Notes under the pieces: model-generated
What the model was told of the DNA's origin: nothing
What the model saw: only the letters and a program-made list of their open reading frames with translations
Databases searched by the model: none
Made by a program: the position numbers and the translations under genes
In this document: positions 24,205-34,409 of the stretch, one piece after another
How the letters are laid out: every line of letters begins with the position of its first letter
Numbering within the stretch: the first letter of the stretch is position 1
Assembly (NCBI RefSeq): GCF_006345805.1
Contig: NW_021832396.1
Span: forward strand, 4,873 to 68,872
DNA: 64,000 nt
Source: Octopus sinensis
Lineage: Eukaryota
Reading direction: 5' to 3'

Positions 24205-24490
24205 TATAATAATAATAACAACAACAACAACAACAACAATCATAATGATAATAATAATGATAATAATAAAAATAATAATAATAATAATGATAATAATAAT
24301 AATAATAATAATAATGATAATAATAATAATAATGATAATAATAATAATGATAATAATCATAATAATCATAATGATAATAATAATAGTGATAATAATAATA
24401 AAAATAAAAATAATAATAATGATAATGATAATAATAATGATGATGATGATGATGATGATGATGATAATAATAATAATAATAATAATAATA
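24205..24490. repeat. Compound (AAT)/(GAT)/(AAC)n intronic microsatellite
   Basis: Directly visible just after the Ig2 donor. Confidence 0.95.
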
Positions 24491-24568
24491 AGGTTGGGAT
24501 CAAAAGGGTTCAGCCTTATTGATATTACTATCTTTTCTTCAAAACAAAAAGTATCTGTTTTCTTGTAG

Positions 24569-24783
24569 GACTTGAAGCAGATGAAGAAACAAAAGATTGT
24601 GAAGCTGATGGATCAGGAATACCCACCTCTACCATTGTCGTCATTTTTGTACTTTGTCTTGAAAACATCATTCTCATAATCTTGTGGTTCAAATTCAAAT
24701 TGCCTCCTTACGATTGGTGCAGGAACCGTGTCACCCGCAGGATACCTCGTAATGAACCCCAGAATCAACAGGTTGAGGTATAA
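24569..24783 (+). CDS. Ig-like receptor gene, terminal exon TM-A (acidic stalk, TM TIVVIFVLCLENIILIILWF, tail ending NQQVEV*)
   Basis: Acceptor gttttcttgtag; phase 1; in-frame stop TAA at 24781-24783. Joined CDS = 46+39+249+57+249+215 = 855 nt = 284 aa plus stop. Confidence 0.85.
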
Positions 24784-25865
24784 AAATGCTATGTTTTGCG
24801 ATTTTTTTTTCTTATAGACTTTCAATGATTGTATTAGTATATTCTGTTGTGTCTGGGGAGAGTCATTTTCTTTTTGTGCCTTATGATGTAACACATTTGA
24901 TGTAGTGGTTTAGTCTCATCTTTTCAAAAACCCTGCTCAAGTGGTGGGGGGGGAACAAACACAGACACAAAGACCCCTTCCCCCATACACACATATGTCT
25001 GTGATTATAATTTAATACAATTCATTTTTATTATGGATATTCATGTAATGCATGCAACTTGACACATAGTAACCACCCAGGGGCAATACCTGGGGCACAT
25101 CTACACATGAATGCTCCAAAGACTTGCCTCATGACTTTCACAAAAATGTATATTTTTTAAGGAAATTTTCTACAAATCCACTTCAGATGGTGTAGATTCT
25201 TTTTATACTCGAATTTGATGTGACAAAATTTTCTGCCAAAAAATGTGATTTTTTTCTGAAAGCTATTTCTAACAAGTCAAGAAACCACATAAAAGTTATG
25301 CTTGTGTTAATCTCCATGGCAATAGCAATATGTGAACAATGGATGATTTCGATTGGCTAAAATTACTTAACTTTAAGTGCATGTAACTTTTTTATTATTT
25401 GTTTTTAGAAATAATGAGTGTGATTTTCATTATCCGTATCCAAAACTCCATCAGAACTATAATTTTTTTAAGTAATCAGGTGAAAATAGGCGTATTGATA
25501 CAGTTTTGTAAAGTAATGAATGCCATGAAATTCATTTTCACCATAGATCGATACATAAACAGCTAATATCATTTAAAATTTGCGAATTTTGGATAATTTT
25601 ATGTAGGTGCCTGTTTCCATAACAACAAGCCAAGTTGCTTACCATGTGTTCTTTTTCTCACTTTTTAAAAGCTAGTGTTTGGAACACAAGTTTATTTGAA
25701 GTCTTGATGGAAGGTTTTATTTTAGATCTCTTTAAAACAGGGAATTCATACAATAAAAACAAAGGCAGTTTTCAGTAGGTTGGGATCAAAAGGGTTCAGC
25801 CTTATTGATATTACTATCTTTTATTAAAAACAAAAAGTATATGTTTTCTTGTTCATCTTTTGCAG

Positions 25866-26208
25866 ATGAGGGTGCCGGAAGCAGCAGATCAGCAAACGGA
25901 TCAGGAAGCAGCAGATCAGCAAATGGATCAGGAAGCAGATCAGCAATGGATCAGGAATCAGCAAAGCAGCAAATGGATCAGGAAGCAGCAGATCAGCAAA
26001 TGGATCAGGAATCAGCAAAGCAGTTAATGAATCTGGAACCAGCATCCCCACCTGCGCCGTAGTCATCATTTCTGTACTTGGTCTTGTAGCCATCCTTCTC
26101 ATAATCTTCTCTGTCATATTCAAGTGGCTTCTTTACATTTGGATCAGGAACCGTGTCAACGAGTGGATATCTCCTAATGAATACCAGAATCCACCGGTTG
26201 AAGCATAA
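25866..26208 (+). CDS. Alternative terminal exon TM-B (27-bp repeat stalk, TM CAVVIISVLGLVAILLIIFSVIF, tail ending NEYQNPPVEA*), with a 1-bp deletion at about 25945
   Basis: Acceptor catcttttgcag; gap-free paralogy to TM-A over 54 codons; exon length 343 is 1 nt short of frame. Could be an assembly error, a null allele or a soluble isoform. Confidence 0.7.
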
Positions 26209-27198
26209 AAATGCTATGTTTTTTTATTTTTTCTTCTTATAGACTTTCAATGATTGCATTAACATATTCTGTTGTGTCTGGGGAGAGTCATTTTCTTTTT
26301 GTGCCTTATGATGTAACACATTTGATGTAGTAGTTTAGCATCATCTTTTCAAAAACCCTGCTCAAGTGGTGTGGGGAATAACACAAACCCACCAACACCT
26401 GTTGTCAAGTAGTGGGGAGGGAGGACAAACACAGACACAAAGACCCCTTCCCCCATACACACATATGTCTGTGATTATAATTTAATGCAACTCATTTTTA
26501 TTATGGATGTTCAGGTAATGCATGCACCATGACATATAGTAACCACCCAGGGGCAATACCTGGGGCACATCTACACATGAATGCTCCAATGACTTGCCTC
26601 ATGACTTTCACAAAAATCTATATTTTTTAAGGAAATTTTCTACAAATCCACTTCAGATGGTGTAGATTCTTTTTATACTCGAATTTGATGTGACAAAATT
26701 TTCTGCCAAAAAATGGGATTTGTGTTCGTACGTATCCCACCAATTTAATTTTTCATATTAAATTCCGATATAATTACAATCTACAAACTCTGAAAGGAAT
26801 TTGTAGAAATTTTCATTTTTCTGAAAGCTATGAAGAGACAAAGTCAGTGGAGCATATCTGTGTGTGTGTGTGCTAATTGGTTTCACATAAATATTTTTCA
26901 TTATAATTTTAAAGACTACATTTTTATTATTATTATTATTGCCTTTGTTTCAATAAATTTTGAAAATAAAGAATTCAATGAAATAATTTTGTCCTTACTA
27001 AGCTAGTGTTTGGAACACAAGTTTATTTGAAGCCTTGATGGAAGGTTTTACTTTAGATCTCTTTAAAACAGGGAATTCATACAATGAAAACAAGAGTGGT
27101 TTTCAGCAGGTTGGGATCAAAAGGGTTCAGCCTTATTGATATTACTATCTTTTATTAAATACAAAAGGGTATATGTGTTTATTGATCATCTTTTGAAG

Positions 27199-27818
27199 AT
27201 TAGCAAACAACAAGATTTGGATCTAATGTATCCAGATGTATCCTACTCACTACAGATAGCGAAACAACATTTAAGAAGTTGATTATCCGAGTGGGATCAC
27301 TGCCAGAGCAGCTGTCTGGCTTCCGTTCCGGTGGGCACGTAAAAAGCACCATTTGAGCGTGATCATTACCAGCGTTGCCTTACTGGCATGTGAACAAAAC
27401 ATCCTAGCGAGGTCGTTGCCAGTGCCGCTGGACTGACTCCTGTGCACGTGGCACATAAAAAACCACCATTTCGAGCATGGCCGTTGCCAGTACCACCAAA
27501 CTGGCCCTCATGCCGGTGGTACGTAAAAAGCACCCACTACACTCTCGGAGTGGTTGGGCGTCCAGCTGTAGAAACTCTGCCAGATCAAGACTGGAGCCTG
27601 GTGCAGCCATCTGGTTCGCCAGCCCTCAGTCAAATCGTCCAACCCATGCTAGCATGGAAAGCGGACGTTAGATGATGAGGAGGAGGAGGAGGAGGAACCA
27701 GCATATACATCTATGCCATAGCCATCCTTCTCATAACCCTGTTTGTCATAATCCGATGCTAACACTTCCTGTCCATTCCATACTTTCTAAAGAACACCAG
27801 AATTCAATGGAGGCATAA
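27199..27818 (+). pseudogene. Third, degenerate copy of the terminal TM exon (TM-C), interrupted by SINE C
   Basis: Same upstream intron block (ggttgggatcaaaagggttcagcc at about 27109); acceptor mutated to gaag with immediate TAG in phase 1; remnant GTSIYIYAIAILLITLFVIIRC* at 27694-27762; homologous gcataaaaatgcta end. Confidence 0.7.
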
Positions 27819-28199
27819 AAATGCTACATTCTGTGAATTCCATTTTTCAACATTGGCCAACCTTGTTATAGACCTTCACAGATTTCCATGCTGGCATGGG
27901 GCTGGACGCTTTGACCAGAGGTCATCAGCTGAGAAGCTGCACCGGGTCCCTGTCTGATTCAGCTTCATTTCTATGGCTGGATGACCTTTCTAATGCCAAC
28001 CACTCCTGAGAGCGTCCTAGGTGCTACTGGCAGGTGGGTTTTACCACATGGCAGAAGAACAAGCCAACCCTCTCCACTAGAGTGTGTTTCTTTAACACTC
28101 AGGCTGTGGTGGTTGGGTCCCCTTCAGTACTTGTTGGCTATAATTTTAGAAACCCTGAAATTCAAATTCAGGAAATATTCTTTTCTGCTCTAAGCACAA

Positions 28200-28560
28200 A
28201 GCCCGAAATTTTGGGAGAGGGGATCAGTCGCTTAGGTCGAACCCAGTATGCAACTGCTACTTAATTTATTGACCCTGAGGGGCCGAAAGGCAAAGTTAAC
28301 CTCAGAATGTAAAGACAGAAATACCTATTTCTTTACTACCTACAAGGGGCTAAATACAGAGGGGACAAACAAGGACAGACAAACGGATTAAGTTGATTAT
28401 ATCGACCACAGTGCGTAACTGGTACTTATTTAATCGAGCCCGAAAGGATGAAAGGCAAAGCCAACCTTGGCGGAATTTGAACTCAGAGCGTAGTGGCAGA
28501 CAAAATACTGCTAAGCATTTCGCCCAGCATGCTAATGTTTCTGCCAGCTTGCCGCCTTAG
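28200..28560 (-). mobile_element. SINE A, one full plus one partial copy
   Basis: Reverse-complement identity to 13112-13327. Confidence 0.85.
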
Positions 28561-30235
28561 ATATTTTTTTATTCAAAATTCAGGAAATATTGAATTTTAA
28601 AGAAATAATAAATAAAAACAAAAAGATGGTAGAATTTTGTTTATAAAATTTTATTTTCGCTTCTGTAAATTTCATCATGAAATTCAAATCTGTCCTGATG
28701 CTTAGAACTTGTCAGAGACACAGCATTTACATAAAAGTATACGTCATACATAAAAGAAAAAACAAAAAAAACAATGTACATATAGCAACAAGAGCACACA
28801 CGGAGAAAAGGGGGCAAACTTAGGGTTTCTAGTATTGGGGGGGGGGCTGTTACACAGACACGTACACACATGCACTGAAACGTGTGTGTATAAACTGTGC
28901 CCAACACAAGAGCTTGTTAAAAACCTGCAATACAAATTGTGTGTGCGCGTGTGTATATATACATACATATACACACACATAAATACATATACGTATTTAC
29001 TCATACACACATATATATATATAATATTAGGGAGTATATCCAAACTTATTACTTATTATATTATATTTAACTTTTGGTTAGTTAAAAAAAAAGGTTAAAA
29101 GTTTAAGAATTTAAAAATTTTAAATTTAAAAATTTTAAATATAAATTAAAAATTTTTTAATTTTAAATTTTATATATATATATATTGTATATTATATTAA
29201 TTATATTTATTTTTTGCTTTTATGTTTTGGTTTATGTCTATCACTGTTTGAGTTGCCTAATAGTGGCTTTATCTCTAATTTATATATATATATATATTAA
29301 TAAATGAAATAAAACATCTGCATATATATAAACATATATGTACGTACCTACCTCTACATGTACATATACACGCATATATGAGTACAGGACACCAAAAGGA
29401 AGTCGAACACAATGAGAAACGGAAACATAGACACAAACCAAAGGAACTGGACATTTATTAAAAAACAGCAAATATATATATAAGGGGATGAAAACAATTT
29501 TATTCAAATTTCTTGGTACTTCAAGTTTCAAAACATGACGCTAATCTTAGAAATTTCCAATGGCTAACAATTAGCATCAAGCTTTGAAACTCGAAGTACA
29601 AAGGAAACTAAATGAAACAAATTTGATCCACACATGTAACTCCCAATGAATGATTTGAGTGCCCTTCTTTTGTTTCTCCACTCATATATATATATATACA
29701 CACATAATATATAAGGAATTAAGATCTCATTACAGACCAAACTATAAACTCTTAGTAAAAGACAGTCTAAAAGCTTGAAAAAGCTATTAACAAAGGCAAG
29801 GTTTGGCCTTAGCAACAAAGACCAACCATTCACTGTGTCTATAGGCAATGATAACCGGTGTTGTACATGCCAATTAATTCATACTGGCCCATGTATGAAC
29901 ACAAAAAATGTGTTGTAGTGTCCCCAATGTATTGTAGTGTCCTCTCTGTCTAAACTCGTATGGTGAATAAAAAATAGTACAGTTGAAACCAATGAACATG
30001 ACCGTCACCAAAACCATATGAACCTGAAGATTGCATAAATGCAAGAAAGTATACTAGTCCAATAAGAATGGACAATTAATATTTCATTTGTTCGTTAAGA
30101 ATGGACAATTAATATTGCGTTTCATACCTTTTTACTGTTTTATTTTATATGATTATAAATAAAATGTGAAAAACAGAGTTGGAATTCCTTTGAGTAGTAT
30201 ATTCTTCTATACACAATCATACATACCCCTTTGTA

Positions 30236-30307
<72 letters not shown>

Positions 30308-30385
30308 CACCGTGACTGACCAGGCTATCAGATGTTGGTACACACCGCTGGTCACAGTGCGCTTCGCATTGTTTTCGCCTTCAAA

Positions 30386-30563
30386 TGACAGGTTTATCAC
30401 AAAATCGACATTCAAGAGAAAACATCCAGCTCAAGTTATGGCTTCGGGTGTTGTGGCTTCCGATGGAAAGAAAATTCCTATAAAATTCTACAAAGCTGAT
30501 GAAAAGATCAATGTTAATACTTACTAAAAGACTCAGAGATACCAGGTATTGACATGGCTTAAT
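30386..30563 (+). mobile_element. Tc1/mariner (maT/DD37D-like) transposase fragment; copies at 32105-32282 and 37577-37752
   Basis: KHPAQVMASGVVASDGKKIPIKFYKADEKINVNTY*KTQRYQVLTWL resembles the KHPxxVMVWGVVASDGK motif of this family; internal stop. Confidence 0.75.
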
Positions 30564-33500
30564 TTTATCCAAAATCCTCCAAAGATGCTCTCTGTATTGG
30601 CTGACAAATATTTTGCTCTAATAAAATCATAGAAATCAAACGTGACATTGAAGATGTTACAAATGGAATAAAAACACATCCAGAAGCAATAAGTGGTTCT
30701 GCTTTAGAGTGTCGCAAAATGTGACCTTGTCGCAGGTCAAAGAAATGATGCCACGAAACATTAAACAAAGGAACTCAAACAATCCAAGCGGTTTGTGTTT
30801 AAGTGTGATTCATTATATAAGCTCTTTGTCGGATCATTTTAGCTTCCTTCTACTTCTAATGCTTTGCAAAAAGCAAAAGAGAAGTGAAATATAGACAAGC
30901 AACAACCGGCGAGTGCAGTTCTGTTGTTTATCATTTACGAATTATTCACTTCTGCAGTTGGATAAGATAAGGAGAACTGCGGATCCATGAAATAAGCTGC
31001 CAGACGAGATAGTGAAGATGCCGACGACCGCTCGGTTCAAAGTCTCCCTTGACCAGAAATGGCCTGAACTCTTTGTATGACCACCCTCCCTGTACATAAC
31101 TCCCTGTCCCACTACATGGCCTTGCTTTTGCTTTCTGAACCAATAAAAATTGAATTGAATCAAAACAATCTAAAGATGCCCAGTGAAATATAGACAAGCA
31201 ACAACCGGCGAGTGTGGTTCTAGTGTTTATCATTTATGAATTATGCAGGTTTGATAAGATTAGGAAGAAAATGGAGGAAGAGAACTTTAATTATGTTAAA
31301 GAATTTCTCCAAAAATATCCAAATAAAATAAGTTGTTCTTTGTATTTGCTGCTAAATATTTAACAATACTACCTTAAACTTCAGAAATGCTATTAAAAGC
31401 AGGAGCTGAACAATTCTGTCCTGGTGCGGACATAAAGTCGCTTTGGACAATACGAAAGGAACGCATCTTCTTAGACCCACGTTCAGTACTTCTTGACTGA
31501 TCCTTCATTTTTGGCAGAGTAGCTATATTCTTGGGGCCAATGTCCAACATACAATGCTTCCACGAATTTCATACTGGCCCATATATGAACACAAAAAATG
31601 TGTTGTAGTGTCCCCAATGTATTGTAGTGTCCTCTCTGTCTAAACTCGTATGGTGAATAAAAAATAGTGCAGTTGAAACCAATGAACATGACCGTTACCA
31701 AAACCATATGAACCTGAAGATTGCATAAATGCAAGAAAGTATACTAGTCCAATAAGAATGGACAATTAATATTTCATTTGTTCGTTAAGAATAGACAATT
31801 AATATTGCGTTTCATACCTTTTTACTGTTTTATTTTATAAGATTATACAGAAAACTTAGGATAGGGACTAATTATATCAAAAGATTTATCAAAAGAAATC
31901 CAGATAAAGTAAAACCTTCTGGGTGTTGGCTTTTCAAAGTTTTTGAACAACATTGAAAATGTCGCAAATTTTATCCAAAATCCTCCAAAGATGCTCTCTG
32001 TATTGGTTGGCAAATATTTTGCAATAATAACATCCAAGAGATCAAAGGTGACATTGAAGATGTCAGAAACGGAATAAAAACACATCGCATTGTTTTAGCC
32101 TTCAAATGACAGATTTATCACAAAATCGACATTCAAAACAAAACATCCAGCTCATGTTATGGCTTCGGGTGTTGTGGCTTCCGATGGAAAGAAAATTCCT
32201 ATAAAATTCTACAAAGCTGATGAAAAGATCAATGTTAATACTTACTAAAAGACTCAGAGAAACCAGGTATTGACATGGCTTAATTTTATCCAAAATCCTC
32301 CAAAAATGCTCTCTGTATTGGTTGGCAAATATTTTGCTCTAATAAAATCATAGAAATCAAACGTGACATTGAAGATGTAACAAATGGAATAAAAACACAT
32401 CCAGAAGCAATAAGTGGTTCTGCTTTAGTGTCCCAAAATGTGACCTTGTCGCAGGTCAAAGAAATGATGCCACGCCACGAAGTACTGAACCCACGTTCAG
32501 TACTTCTTGACTGATCCTTCATTTTTGGCAGAGTTGCCATGTTCTTGGTGCAAAAAGTCCAACATACAATGCTTCCACGAATTTCATAAAAAGCATTAGA
32601 AAGTATCGACTTGTTTAATTAACCAAGCAACTATATGCACAAGTCCATTAGGAATAAAACAAAGAAAAGTGACTGAAGCATTGAAAATATCACAAAATTT
32701 AGCCCAAACCATCCAAATGATAGAAGATGTTGTTTGTATTGTTTGGCAGATATTTAGCAGAAACGTTAAGGGAAATCAAAGAACGTGACATTGAAGGGGT
32801 CACAAACGGAATGAAAACACATCCAGAAGCAATAAGTGGTTCTGCTTTAGAGTGTTGCAAAATGTGACCATGACACAGGTCCAGGAAATGATGCCTCTAC
32901 ACTTTATACAAGACAGTTGTGTCCCCAAAGTCCACCCCCTCCTCACCGTGGTGGGGACGCTGGCAATGGGTAGTGTCAGAGCTCTGCCGTCGGGAACTTC
33001 GGTTCCTGGTAGAGCCACCAAAGGCAGATTGGTCTGACACCGAGTGGTATTAGGGCCACAACCCTGCAGACGGGGCTCTAGTGAAAATCAAAGTGGTTCT
33101 GTTTTAAGTACGACCCGTTATATAAGTTCTTCGTCTGATCATTTTAGCTTCTTTCTATTTCTAGCATCTTTCGTTGACAAGAAATGGAGTTTGATAAGAT
33201 TACTGATAAGATTGTGAAAGATGCTTGGGAGAAATGAAACGAAACCATCAAACCCTTTGCAAAAAGAAAATGAGAAGTGAAATATAGACAAGCAACAACC
33301 GGCGAGTGTGATTTTATTGTTTCTCATTTAAGAATTATTCACTTCTGCAGTTGGATAAGATAATGAGAATTGAGGAGGGAGAATTTAATTATCTATCTCT
33401 TTTCATTTTCTATAATTGCTAAGTTTATCAAAATGTACTTAAATTACACACATGTGCCACTATTGGTGCGTGGAAAGTGTCCGGTATGAAACCATTCTGT

Positions 33501-34409
33501 GGCACAAAAAAAAGGTTAGTGATCACTGCATTAGACAAAACTCAGGTTTCCAGTATAAATGCCATTTTAAGTGAGATTTTAAAAACCATCACCTTCTTTG
33601 TATTATTGTTTACCTCTTTTTATAAGGGTTTTCTTCAAAATCCTATCACTATCAGCTCTTAGCATGTTCCACTCAAAAGATGGAACAGTGAAATATAGAC
33701 AAGCAACAACCGGCGAGTGTGGTTCTAGTGTTTATCATTTATGAATTATGCAGGTTTGATAAGATTAGGAAGAAAATGGAGGAAGAGAACTTTAATTATG
33801 TTAAAGAATTTCTCCAAAAATATCCAAATAAAATAAGTTGTTCTTTGTATTTGCTGCTAAATATTTAACAATACTACCTTAAACTTCAGAAATGCTATTA
33901 AAAGCAGGAGCTGAACAATTCTGTCCTGGTGCGGACATAAAGTCGCTTTGGACAATACGAAAGGAACGCATCTTCTTAGACCCACGTTCAGTACTTCTTG
34001 ACTGATCCTTCATTTTTGGCAGAGTTGCCATGTTCTTGGTGCAAAAAGTCCAACATACAATGCTTCCACGAATTTCATAAAAAGCATTAGAAAGTATCGA
34101 CTTGTTTAATTAAGCAAGCAACTATATGCACAAGTCCATTAGGAGTAAAACAAAGAAAAGTGACTGAAGCATTGAAAATATCGCAAAAGTAAGCCCAAAC
34201 CATCCAAATGATAGAAGATGCTGTTTGTATTGTTTGGCAGATATTTAGCAGAAACGTTAAGGGAAATCAAAGAACGTGACATTGAAGGGGTCACAAACGG
34301 AATGAAAACACATCCAGAAGCAATAAGTGGTTCTGCTTTGGAGTGTTGCAAAATGTGACCATGACACAGGTCCAGGAAATGATGCCACTACACTTTATAC
34401 AAGAAAATT

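Noticed and set aside
25824-26123. Minus-strand 99-aa ORF over TM-B
   Set aside because: Antisense shadow of the 27-bp repeat; the + strand has the splice site and the paralogy to TM-A.
29090-29220. Extreme A/T palindromic-looking stretch
   Set aside because: Low-complexity sequence, possibly low-quality; no defined arms.
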